A stretch of 64,000 nucleotides of DNA from a virus (Duplodnaviria; Caudoviricetes): the IMG/VR virus record IMGVR_UViG_3300046170_000323. One strand, given 5' to 3'. Below, piece by piece: positions 40,763 through 49,855 of the stretch. How positions within the stretch are numbered: the first letter of the stretch is position 1; every line of letters starts with the position of its first letter. The position numbers were made by a program, and so were the translations under genes. The notes under the pieces are model-generated. The model saw only the letters and a program-made list of their open reading frames with translations. It searched no databases and was not told the origin of the DNA.

Positions 40763-41181
40763 TCAAGTTGCCCTGTTTCCCTCATGGACTTTCGTATCTT
40801 AGTTGCGCTGATCTCATGAATCTCTTTACCAAGATCATGTTCAGTAAAAGTATACCCCACACCACGTCCATAACTGATGTCTACGATGTTTGGAACTTTC
40901 ATTATAACATACTCTCTACCATATGTAAAGCCCTCTTGTATAAGAGACATTTCTATTTCGTCGTAGACTTTGTCGAAATCAAATGGATTGTCATCTTGAG
41001 TTGCAGTACGTCCAGCGCCTACATCCTCACCAACGATACCACCCACATCACGAATCATGATAACTACTTGACCTGTGATTGCAAGTGCACGTTTAAATAA
41101 TTCTTGATGTCCTTTGTGCCAAGGTTGCCACCTGCCTAACATCTGTACAGTTGGTTTGTTCCAATCGAAACCGATACTCAT
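40759..41181 (-). CDS. HxGH nucleotidyltransferase-like protein
   Basis: GRWQPWHKGH, NPF, YGRGVGY, ISATKIR. Confidence 0.85.
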   Translation of the reverse strand: MSIGFDWNKPTVQMLGRWQPWHKGHQELFKRALAITGQVVIMIRDVGGIVGEDVGAGRTATQDDNPFDFDKVYDEIEMSLIQEGFTYGREYVIMKVPNIVDISYGRGVGYTFTEHDLGKEIHEISATKIRKSMRETGQLE

Positions 41182-41190
41182 TACTACTCC

Positions 41191-41625
41191 TTATCGACAA
41201 TAATCTAAGTCGAGATATTTTTCTAAAACTTCAGCTAATTGTTGATGAGTGTCATTGAACCACTTACACACGTGATAATCATACTCATCGATATGAGGTT
41301 GTTCAAATATTTTATTTGTATCCTCAAACCTTCCCTCTTGAATTGTATCCATCCATACTGCAAAATCTGCATTGAAGAATATACGGGCTTCAGCGGTAGG
41401 ACAGATGAAGTCTGCAACTGCAACCTTACCTGCCTTCACTACACCATCTGCTAAGAACTTCATACGCATCGCTTGACGCATACGTCCCTCTGGTGTGAAG
41501 TCCCAGTCATTGTACTCTTCACGTACCCTGTCTGCGTTTAAATGAACACCGTTGACGAGTTTCGCCAACGGCTCTGCAAGAGTTGATTTGCCAGATCCTG
41601 GCAAACCATATACTAGAATTTTCAT
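41191..41625 (-). CDS. Adenylylsulfate kinase-like P-loop kinase
   Basis: GLPGSGKST, LNADRVR, ADFICPT, RFEDTN..FE.P. Confidence 0.8.
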   Translation of the reverse strand: MKILVYGLPGSGKSTLAEPLAKLVNGVHLNADRVREEYNDWDFTPEGRMRQAMRMKFLADGVVKAGKVAVADFICPTAEARIFFNADFAVWMDTIQEGRFEDTNKIFEQPHIDEYDYHVCKWFNDTHQQLAEVLEKYLDLDYCR

Positions 41626-42266
41626 TTATTGCTCCTCGTCAAAAACCTTTCCGTTTTCATCGCAAGGTTTTAATGTTATTGGACAATTGATATAGAATTC
41701 ACAACCGACATCTAAGAAGTCCAAGTTTTCGACTGATTCGTAACCGTCTTCATCCCAAGCTTCTTCTACATTTTCTAAGTATGCATTCATTTCATCTTCA
41801 TCAAGATATCCATCGGCATCGTCTGCCGCAAATTGACGGATTGACCAGTCTTCCCAACATCCATCCCATGTTTCGATCATCTCCGCATCATAATCACTAA
41901 CCTCATGGAAGGTACAAGCTTCAGAAGGTATCTGGCGTGAACAGCGTCGATGAGTTCGATTATCTGTTCATCTGATTCTTCACAGTCTCCAGACACATAA
42001 TCGTCATACACCTCTTGAATGTTTTTATAATATGGTTCTTCCTGTGCATCGCCGCCAAATCGTCTGTTAGCGAATGTCATGATTTCTTCTTCTGTCTCTG
42101 GAATAGTGACTAACCAAGATCCCCATCTCCAACCAACTTCAAGGGTTGCCCATAGAGAGTTTTTATATTGAGAGTCACTTTGCCATCCACCATCAATATC
42201 TTTTTTAAATACTGTCTCTTCCGCAATCGACTTTTTATAAGTCGGTTCCATAACAAAATACTTCAT
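41626..42266 (-). CDS. Acidic hypothetical protein (two ORFs joined across indel near 41920)
   Basis: GWRWGSW...IETWDGCWED; frames abut with continuous composition. Confidence 0.6.
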
Positions 42267-42761
42267 CTACGATTGTTCCTTCTTCGCTTTGAGTTTACCT
42301 TCAAACTCTTCTATAAAATCATTGATATATTCTGGGGGTTCGGACATTTGAATTCCGTTACCCATTCCATCCATTGCACCCATACTTGTCATTGCTTTCT
42401 GAGATGACTTGAATCGGATGTAAAGTTGTTTCTTTTCTTTCTGGATCCTTCTTAGAAATGCATACCATATAATCTGTGTGAAATATGCAAAAGGGTTCTT
42501 TGATTTTTCTGGATCAAAATTGTGAATGTATTGTAAACAGTTTTCAATCCCATCTGAAATCATATCATCTTTATAGGAATATCCAGAGAAGTTTGGTTTC
42601 GTCGCAAGACGATTCGCAATCTTGAAGATGCACTCTCCCACATAATTTGGTACTCGTGGAATCTCTTCCCCTGCATCTTCCGCTTCCTTGCACTCTTCCT
42701 TATATTGAATAAGTGCCTCCAGAAGGTCTTTGTTGTTTACGTAGTTTCTTTTCTTAGCCAC
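42267..42761 (-). CDS. gp55: Late-transcription sigma factor
   Basis: NYVNNK, KPNFSGYSYKDDMISDGIENC, NPFAYFTQI. Confidence 0.97.
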   Translation of the reverse strand: MAKKRNYVNNKDLLEALIQYKEECKEAEDAGEEIPRVPNYVGECIFKIANRLATKPNFSGYSYKDDMISDGIENCLQYIHNFDPEKSKNPFAYFTQIIWYAFLRRIQKEKKQLYIRFKSSQKAMTSMGAMDGMGNGIQMSEPPEYINDFIEEFEGKLKAKKEQS

Positions 42762-42796
42762 ATGTAGGTTCCCTCTGTTGTGTTGAAATTAGGTCT

Positions 42797-42825
42797 ATTG
42801 TACACTATGTTGATAGGGTTGTCAA
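42797..42825 (-). promoter_or_regulatory. Sigma70-type promoter for gp55
   Basis: TTGACA-N17-TACAAT. Confidence 0.8.
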
Positions 42826-42861
42826 GCAGATAATTTTTTTCATCTTTTTTGAAAATAGTTC

Positions 42862-42890
42862 TTGCCTTTCCTGATCAACGTTGTTATAAT
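42862..42890 (+). promoter_or_regulatory. Sigma70-type promoter with no downstream sense ORF (faces uvsW 3' end)
   Basis: TTGCCT-N17-TATAAT with AT-rich upstream tract. Confidence 0.6.
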
Positions 42891-42926
42891 CGATTTATCG
42901 CTTTAAAAGATACCTTTATGGCTGCT

Positions 42927-44417
42927 TTAGATGTCAACCGTGTACACCTTAAATGGGAACTCTTGCGCCCCATAGATCTCAATTCTCTTTCTAAAATGTT
43001 TTAATGTATAATTTTGGAACGATCCTGTAGAGAGATCGTCAGCGATATCATACAGCGTAGCGTGATCGGCATCGTTTCCTTTTCTTAGGGTTCTTCCGAT
43101 TGACTGGAGAACCTTGATCTCAGACTTTGAACCAGAGGCGAAAATCACATTGTCCAACTTCTGTAGGTTAACCCCTGTTGAAAAGACTCCATAGGATGCA
43201 AGGATATCATGTCTCTTGTCTTTATCCTCTTCCACCATGTGTCTGATCGCCTCACGTTCATCTCCCTTTGTACCACCATAAATGAAATGCAAGACTCTGT
43301 CTTCCTTGCGAAGCAAGGGTTCTAGGATCTTTCCGTGTTTCTCAACCAGATCAAAAAGGATCAGATTGTTCTGACCTTCCAGTGACCAGACGAGATTACG
43401 GATGAACATATTTCTCTTCTCGTGGTTCGTCAAGAACTCACGTTCTGCCGGATACTTTTTCTGAGGCGCATCAATCTTCTTGAATGCATCCTTGAAAGAT
43501 TTCTTTGTCTCTTTATTATAGTTGAGTACAATTGCTTTGACGTTGAAGTCTGCAACTGTCCCTGCGTCAATAAGGTTCTTAGTTGTGACTGCACGTTTGA
43601 CAGATCCGAAACAACCTTCCAAAACCATACGGTGTGTCTTCGACTCCGAAGACTTTAGGGTTCCAGTGAATCCATGTCTATACTTACAGTCAGATAATTT
43701 TTCTAGGATAGTAGTAAGTGACTTCGCAGCAAACAGGTGCGCCTCGTCTCCAAGTACAACATCAAACTGATCGAACCATGCTTTGGGTTGTTTGATGAGT
43801 GACTGCCATGTCGATATTACAACAGGCGCCTTGGTGTGTTTGTCAACACCACCTTGAATTTTGTAGATCTCTTCCTTACATCCATAGTCAACAAAGTCAC
43901 CTGCCATCTGATGGACAAGACCAATCGTCGGGACAATAATCAATGTCCTGTGATCGAACGTGTGCCAATAGTGTTGTTGAAGTAGGTAGATGATAAGAGA
44001 CTTACCTGACGAAGTAGGAGATACACTGAGTGTTCTGTTATTCGCAATCGCATTACAGATATATTCTGACTGATAATCACGTGGTGTGTATTTACAGTTA
44101 ATATGTTCTGCAAGCGCAGTTGGATAATCATCCACACATACATCCGAATCATATTCTTTTGTTTCTATATTAAGTTCGTATTCCCTAACGTCACAAAATT
44201 CTTTTAACTTACCCAACAACCCAACATAGAGTTTAGGTCTCATAGGTTGATAAAGTCTAATGACTCCATCCCACATACGAGTTTTTACCTTTGGGTGATA
44301 TTGCCACCCTTCTGGTTTAAAAGAAAAGAAATCTGAGATCTCTTGTCGTGTCGATGGTTCTGCAAGAACTTTCATATGAACATGATCAAGAAATTCAACT
44401 GTTACAGTATCTGTCAT
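42927..44417 (-). CDS. uvsW: SF2 helicase UvsW
   Basis: PRDYQ, SPTSSGKS, GDEAH, GFTGTL, QSIGR. Confidence 0.97.
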   Translation of the reverse strand: MTDTVTVEFLDHVHMKVLAEPSTRQEISDFFSFKPEGWQYHPKVKTRMWDGVIRLYQPMRPKLYVGLLGKLKEFCDVREYELNIETKEYDSDVCVDDYPTALAEHINCKYTPRDYQSEYICNAIANNRTLSVSPTSSGKSLIIYLLQQHYWHTFDHRTLIIVPTIGLVHQMAGDFVDYGCKEEIYKIQGGVDKHTKAPVVISTWQSLIKQPKAWFDQFDVVLGDEAHLFAAKSLTTILEKLSDCKYRHGFTGTLKSSESKTHRMVLEGCFGSVKRAVTTKNLIDAGTVADFNVKAIVLNYNKETKKSFKDAFKKIDAPQKKYPAEREFLTNHEKRNMFIRNLVWSLEGQNNLILFDLVEKHGKILEPLLRKEDRVLHFIYGGTKGDEREAIRHMVEEDKDKRHDILASYGVFSTGVNLQKLDNVIFASGSKSEIKVLQSIGRTLRKGNDADHATLYDIADDLSTGSFQNYTLKHFRKRIEIYGAQEFPFKVYTVDI

Positions 44418-44632
44418 GTTTGAATATCCACATTAGACCCGACAGGTTTTGGAGAGTCTACTAATTCACCGTTTCTATTGTATAGAGTATATCCCAATTC
44501 AGAAACACGTATTGCGCCGTTCACCATTTGGTGTTCGACGTGAGTTGTAACCAAGTCCTCGCCCACGTAAGCGGTGCGAGTGTAGTTACTTACAATTTGT
44601 GTTGGAAGGATGGGTGGGATAGACTCTACCAT
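44414..44632 (-). CDS. Hypothetical protein
   Basis: 72-aa ORF between uvsY and uvsW. Confidence 0.7.
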   Translation of the reverse strand: MVESIPPILPTQIVSNYTRTAYVGEDLVTTHVEHQMVNGAIRVSELGYTLYNRNGELVDSPKPVGSNVDIQT

Positions 44633-44634
44633 AA

Positions 44635-45069
44635 TTAATAATCACCTGCTTGGAACTTCATAACATCGATCATTGATTTGATTACGAAGTTACGAGAGTG
44701 TATTGTTTTGATAATATCCTCAAGATAACTTGCACGTTCTTTGTGATAATCTATCTTGAGAGACAACCTGATAATATCTTTATCGCTCTGTATGTATTTA
44801 TCTACATCGTTGCGAAGAACTTTTAACTGGAATGGTTTCCATCCCTTTTCTTTCATTGTCTGTTCGTCTAAGTGACCAGTATAGTATTCCAGTTTATCTC
44901 TTTTTAATTCTGCGAGTACTGCAAGGTTTTTCTTCACAGTCAATGCTTCTTTATAGTACATACCATAATATTTACTATGCAATTGTGGTATGCGTTTACT
45001 TTCATTTACCAAATTGGTTTCATCGATGGGAGCGTCTTTCGCCCACATCTCATTAATATCATCATTCAT
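44635..45069 (-). CDS. uvsY: Recombination mediator UvsY
   Basis: WAKDAPID, IPQLHSKY, YYTG, PFQLKVL, DKYIQSD. Confidence 0.95.
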   Translation of the reverse strand: MNDDINEMWAKDAPIDETNLVNESKRIPQLHSKYYGMYYKEALTVKKNLAVLAELKRDKLEYYTGHLDEQTMKEKGWKPFQLKVLRNDVDKYIQSDKDIIRLSLKIDYHKERASYLEDIIKTIHSRNFVIKSMIDVMKFQAGDY

Positions 45070-45076
45070 TTTATAG

Positions 45077-45664
45077 TTACCTTATTGGTATAATGTCACA
45101 GTTAAAGGAAAAGATTGTCCTTGGTACTTTTGTTTTGTTAGGCATAGAGTAATGTAATAGAAGACTAGGAAAGAATATAATCTCACCTTCTTTCATATCT
45201 GGTGTATGTCTGTAGTCCATCCTATCTAACATATTTTTAAATGGAGCGAAGAACTCAGTTGGGGTATGGTGTCTTGTAAACTCTGCATATAGAACTGCAG
45301 AATACCCAGTCGATTCATGTGTATGTGGTTCCATAGACATGTCTTTCCAATACTTTTGTGCCCAGAGTGTTTGGATCCTCATAGTACATTCTTTTTGAAT
45401 TCTATTGAGAGGTGATTTCTCCATCTTACTGACAAACGCATTTAATTCTGGTTTCAACAACTGTTTAAAATCTTCGATGTATTTTGGTCTATTATCTTCG
45501 TTTTTAAATTGCAAATAGTAGTCAGTAAAATATTCATTGAACATACAATCTTTATTTTTCCAATCAACCATTCCCAATAGTTTTGGTTTTTTCTCTTCCC
45601 AGTTTTGTACTGGTACTTTGAAGAAAGGAAGTAGAAACGGATTCGTCTCTTGCACATTTATCAT
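45077..45664 (-). CDS. 2OG-Fe(II) oxygenase (TIGR02466-like)
   Basis: EPHTH...YSAVLY...FPSLLLHY...PRTIFSFN. Confidence 0.85.
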   Translation of the reverse strand: MINVQETNPFLLPFFKVPVQNWEEKKPKLLGMVDWKNKDCMFNEYFTDYYLQFKNEDNRPKYIEDFKQLLKPELNAFVSKMEKSPLNRIQKECTMRIQTLWAQKYWKDMSMEPHTHESTGYSAVLYAEFTRHHTPTEFFAPFKNMLDRMDYRHTPDMKEGEIIFFPSLLLHYSMPNKTKVPRTIFSFNCDIIPIR

Positions 45665-45864
45665 TTACTAAAATCCCTATCTAAGTCAATAAGTCCTCTT
45701 TCGATATCACGGGCGAGTGCTCTTATGTCGTCTACCATATATCGACATTGTTCTTTATCGTATGTACCTTGCACACGATAACGTTCACGATGAAGTTCAA
45801 TACCTTTATCGTGCAGTACTTTAATTTTTGAGTATAGTTCTTCTACCGAATGTGTCATTACCAC
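45661..45864 (-). CDS. Hypothetical protein
   Basis: 67-aa helical ORF in operon. Confidence 0.65.
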   Translation of the reverse strand: MVMTHSVEELYSKIKVLHDKGIELHRERYRVQGTYDKEQCRYMVDDIRALARDIERGLIDLDRDFSK

Positions 45865-45907
45865 CCTCTCATTGTCTACAATTCATAATGTTCCCATTAT
45901 AACAGAT

Positions 45908-46396
45908 TTACGTGTACGTGTCAACCGTAAAGTTTGTATAACGGAATGCCACAGTCGCTTCTACGTAGTTCGTATCAGTCGCAGTGATGTCCAGTGGTAC
46001 TGAGGAGATGGAGATGGGGAAACAATCTTTGAAATTAAATTTGATGTTTGGGTTCTTGTGATTGTTGTTGAGTACAATCGTTATATCTGATTGCGTTCCT
46101 CTCTCACTCTCTTTGAGATTCTTGTATTGAGTTTGATTTTCTGGAGCGCCCATACCTTCCATCCAGTTCAGAATCTCCAAATAGTTTTTCATATCCTCAT
46201 CGACGATAAATGACATGTCGAGATCTGAATAGACCAATTGGCTTGGAGTATCATATAAGATCCCAAGTGGTGAGTTCAACTGTTGTGGGTTCCCCGACAC
46301 ATCTGGTATTGTCACTTTCTGTGTAAAGAATTCCACATTCGGAAGTCTATCGATAGAAACAAAGAATGACGTTGGAGATAAATAGTTAGTGATCAT
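45908..46396 (-). CDS. gp3: Tail completion/sheath stabiliser gp3-like
   Basis: NYLSPTSF, PNVEFFTQKVTIP, FIVDEDMKNY.EI.NW, FKDCFP; late promoter TATAAATA at 46429-46436 (-). Confidence 0.85.
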   Translation of the reverse strand: MITNYLSPTSFFVSIDRLPNVEFFTQKVTIPDVSGNPQQLNSPLGILYDTPSQLVYSDLDMSFIVDEDMKNYLEILNWMEGMGAPENQTQYKNLKESERGTQSDITIVLNNNHKNPNIKFNFKDCFPISISSVPLDITATDTNYVEATVAFRYTNFTVDTYT

Positions 46397-46435
46397 TGAA
46401 GTGATTACCTTTCAAACTTAATAATAACTATTTAT

Positions 46436-46657
46436 ATGGAGAATGATATGCGTGACATCCTACTAGATGCACTTAGAAAACATGCTGAAGGTCATGTTGC
46501 AAAACATAAAGCAAATGTAGAAGTTTACTTGCACTCAACAACAGGTATTGGTGAACACCCTGACATCGTAGAAGCGATGGAAGCGGAACTAATGGAAATC
46601 GCAAAATACGATGATGTTTTGGAGATGATTGACAAATACTTTGGTAGTGCAGGGTAA
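46436..46657 (+). CDS. Conserved hypothetical protein
   Basis: KHKANVEVYL...GIGEHPDIVEA. Confidence 0.8.
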   Translation: MENDMRDILLDALRKHAEGHVAKHKANVEVYLHSTTGIGEHPDIVEAMEAELMEIAKYDDVLEMIDKYFGSAG

Positions 46658-46659
46658 AT

Positions 46660-47373
46660 ATGAATCATAAATCTTTAGATCCCCACAAGATCAGTACCGA
46701 TGGAATTGATCTCTCTCAGGCTGCGACTCTCTATAGAGAGTTCTTTATCAACTGTGATTATAACTGGTGGTACGAGGTACTCCCAGATGATATTGTCGTG
46801 GATGTCGGTGCTTGTGTGGGGTTCTTCTCTGCACTGGCATTAGATAAAGGTGCAGAACGTGTATACATGATTGAACCGAATCGTAATCTTTTAAAAACTG
46901 CAATAAACAATGTTGCAGATTATATAATCGACGATCCTTCAAAAGTTATACCTGTTCATGGTGCAGTCTCAGAAGATTCAAATGACACATTACATGTGTT
47001 CGAAGATGATGGATCAGCCTTCCCGAAATTTAGTTTTATTGATTTTATTCATAAACATGAAATCAGTAATATCGATTTCTTAAAAGTAGATTGTGAGGGA
47101 GCGGAATACAATATCTTCAAGAAAGAACAGATTGGTTTCTTTGAGAATAATGTTCGACACATGGCAATAGAATGTCACCTTCGAGCCGCAGACGACTCAC
47201 CTGAAAAGTTTATTTCATTCAGAGACAACTTTCTGAAACACTTTATCAACGCTGGTAAGGTGAAAGTTCAGAACAAGACGGTACTAGATGCGATAAACAA
47301 TGACTGGTCAATTAAGAACAGAGACTTTAGGTCTGTACCTGCAGAGTTCATGATCTACATCACTAATTGGTAA
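46660..47373 (+). CDS. FkbM-family methyltransferase
   Basis: VVDVGACVGFF, IEPN, FLKVDCEGAEY. Confidence 0.9.
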   Translation: MNHKSLDPHKISTDGIDLSQAATLYREFFINCDYNWWYEVLPDDIVVDVGACVGFFSALALDKGAERVYMIEPNRNLLKTAINNVADYIIDDPSKVIPVHGAVSEDSNDTLHVFEDDGSAFPKFSFIDFIHKHEISNIDFLKVDCEGAEYNIFKKEQIGFFENNVRHMAIECHLRAADDSPEKFISFRDNFLKHFINAGKVKVQNKTVLDAINNDWSIKNRDFRSVPAEFMIYITNW

Positions 47374-48070
47374 TATAAACCATAAACGAAGAACCCCAAC
47401 CGATAGGCCAATCACCTAACAGTTTCTCTTCGTTATATGCCAGTGCATGATCCTCATGTTTCAAGAACCTAAGTTGAGATAGGTCAAACTGTGGTGCGAT
47501 GTTGTCCCTGAAATTAATCCACTCATAAGGTGCTTCCCTGAATGCATCCAAGTGAAATTCTACAGAGATGTGTTTGACATGATGTTTTAAAAACAACATA
47601 TTTTCTTCTGAGAATACATCAAACTCTGCACCTTCGATGTCGATCTTGAGATAATCTACCCAGTGGATTTGATACTCGTACATCAGTTCCATAAAAGTTT
47701 TACGAGGAGCGGATGTATCATCACCATAGTAGTTTAGTGCATATCGATCATCTTTACCGATTGCAGCGTGGATAGGAATTACTGGTGATTCTTTGTGGTC
47801 GATCCAATGATCTGCGACATTGTAACAAAGTGTCTTGAGGTGGTTGCGGTTTGCTTCGACTGCATAGACTTTCTTTGCGCCGTGGTCGAGTGCGTGACAT
47901 GTGAAGAAACCAACACATGCACCTAGATCAACAACGACATCATCTGGTTGAACTTTATACCACCACTCATAGTCTTTCCTTTGAAAGAACTCTTCCAACA
48001 TAGCATTTGTGTCTAATAGATTTAATCCATCAGTACGCAAATCATAGTGTAGATATTTGGTCACGTTCAA
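47363..48070 (-). CDS. FkbM-family methyltransferase (paralog)
   Basis: VVDLGACVGFF, VEAN, YLKIDIEGAEF. Confidence 0.9.
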   Translation of the reverse strand: MNVTKYLHYDLRTDGLNLLDTNAMLEEFFQRKDYEWWYKVQPDDVVVDLGACVGFFTCHALDHGAKKVYAVEANRNHLKTLCYNVADHWIDHKESPVIPIHAAIGKDDRYALNYYGDDTSAPRKTFMELMYEYQIHWVDYLKIDIEGAEFDVFSEENMLFLKHHVKHISVEFHLDAFREAPYEWINFRDNIAPQFDLSQLRFLKHEDHALAYNEEKLLGDWPIGWGSSFMVYITN

Positions 48071-48078
48071 CTCCTCAT

Positions 48079-48107
48079 GATAAATACATGTAACTTAACT
48101 ATTTATA
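48079..48107. promoter_or_regulatory. Divergent late promoters
   Basis: GATAAATA (+) at 48079-48086 and TATTTATA (-) at 48100-48107. Confidence 0.65.
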
Positions 48108-48118
48108 GGATGTAATAA

Positions 48119-48742
48119 ATGTCAGATGAATTCTTCTCACGACGAGGCGTGAATTTAGATTCTACACACAGGTGTCCTCTGATGTGTCCTAACTGTGCCC
48201 GACAGACCTACTATAATGATAGAGGTCAGAAAGTCCCAGGCTGGGATATAACTTTAGAAAATTTCACAAAGGTTGCAAAGTTTTTCGAAACGATAAACTT
48301 CGAAGGACAATACTCTGATCCCGCCCACCATCCAAAATTCATAGACATGTTAAAGATCGCTTACGATAATGTAAGAACGGTATATGTTCAACATGCTGCG
48401 AATAAAAAGAAAAACGTGGATTGGTATAGGAGAGCATGGGATGCACATCCATACGCAAGGTGGAGATTTTCTATTGATGGGTTACCGAAAGATAGTCACA
48501 AATATAGAATAAACCAAGATGGAAAATTTCTTTTCAAAATGATGATCAAATCAAAATTCCATCTTCATAATAAACCAATGTGGCAATATATTGTTTTCAA
48601 ATACAATCAAGATGATATAGACGAGGCAGTTGAGTTAGCGGCGAAACATGATATTGAATTCTACCTGATCCATAGTGGTCGTTGGAAAAGTATAGATGAT
48701 CCTTTGATGCCACGTAAAGAATTTAGAATGAGGACTAGTTAA
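48119..48742 (+). CDS. Radical SAM domain protein
   Basis: CPLMCPNC (CxxxCxxC), FEGQYSDP, FSIDG, WQYIVFKYNQ. Confidence 0.88.
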   Translation: MSDEFFSRRGVNLDSTHRCPLMCPNCARQTYYNDRGQKVPGWDITLENFTKVAKFFETINFEGQYSDPAHHPKFIDMLKIAYDNVRTVYVQHAANKKKNVDWYRRAWDAHPYARWRFSIDGLPKDSHKYRINQDGKFLFKMMIKSKFHLHNKPMWQYIVFKYNQDDIDEAVELAAKHDIEFYLIHSGRWKSIDDPLMPRKEFRMRTS

Positions 48743-49161
48743 TGTCAATAGAAGAGGCAATGGAAAAACTCAATCAGATTGGTGAAGAATCACAAGGACA
48801 ACCATTAGATCCTATGTGTTTCAAAGGGTTTCCATTTGCAGTCACCAATCAGAATATTCTGTTACCGTGTTGTTACTTGGATACATTAGGAAACATGCAA
48901 CACGAATCTATGCAAGATCTTATTGCGGTTAGTAACATAGATGATTATGAAACTATAGACGAAATACTTCTGACCGAACCGTGGCAAAAGTTTTATAAAG
49001 ACTTAAAGAATAATTATGGCCCACCTGCATGTCATCATACATGTTCCCGAAAGAGTGGCCCAGTAAGACAAGATGTCCATATTGACCCCAAGGACAAAAG
49101 TAAAAAGAAAACAGTAAATTTTGGTGATGAATCGTACAATGAACGTGTCAAAGACGAATAA
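48742..49161 (+). CDS. Stand-alone SPASM/Twitch Fe-S domain protein
   Basis: PMC...LLPCCY...ACHHTC; TAATG coupled to the radical SAM gene. Confidence 0.75.
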   Translation: MSIEEAMEKLNQIGEESQGQPLDPMCFKGFPFAVTNQNILLPCCYLDTLGNMQHESMQDLIAVSNIDDYETIDEILLTEPWQKFYKDLKNNYGPPACHHTCSRKSGPVRQDVHIDPKDKSKKKTVNFGDESYNERVKDE

Positions 49162-49855
49162 CTATAGAAACTATGAATACACCTTGCAAACTAAAACGAG
49201 AGTTATGGTATGGCACAGACAAGCCATTTACGATACGTTTAAAGTTTTTAAGAATTCAGATTTGGTCATTTGTGATCACCTCGAATATTTCAAGATGGCG
49301 TTGATCGCATATCGACACTTTATAGATGACGATCACGAAATAACATTAGAACCATATCAAGAATTCTTTGGAGAAGATAGAGATGTCTTTAAAGAAGTTG
49401 CACGTGCAAAGTTTAATTCGTTTTGGAAATCTAAAAAAGATGATCCGTTCGAGGACATCAAAGCATCCCCCAGAAAAAGAAAAGGTATCGTTACTTCTCT
49501 CATAGAAAGAAAGTATTGGCACGATGTACCAGAAGATCTGGAGTCAAAAGGATTCCAAGATCCTGATGCAACATTACTTGAGTCAATGTTATCCACACAC
49601 CCAGACTTCTATAATCTAGGTGACTCACGTTCCTTTGAGAACGCAGACGAACTAATCAACAAAATGCAAATCGCAAGAGATGCGAGAATGTACATTGGAT
49701 CTTGTTGCGCATGGTCAAACTGGACTGCAGAGAATGGTGTCCCTACGTACATCACATTTAATGCCCTTACTGGTTGTGAACATCATAGTGATACGTTAGT
49801 GAAACAAATTCTACCCCACCTCAGAAAGGGATATGTCCAACCCATTCTCAAATGA
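49121..49855 (+). CDS. Glycosyltransferase-like (GT-B) protein
   Basis: ARMYIGSCCAWSNWTAENGVPT resembles the GT9 C-terminal motif. Confidence 0.45.
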   Translation: MVMNRTMNVSKTNNYRNYEYTLQTKTRVMVWHRQAIYDTFKVFKNSDLVICDHLEYFKMALIAYRHFIDDDHEITLEPYQEFFGEDRDVFKEVARAKFNSFWKSKKDDPFEDIKASPRKRKGIVTSLIERKYWHDVPEDLESKGFQDPDATLLESMLSTHPDFYNLGDSRSFENADELINKMQIARDARMYIGSCCAWSNWTAENGVPTYITFNALTGCEHHSDTLVKQILPHLRKGYVQPILK

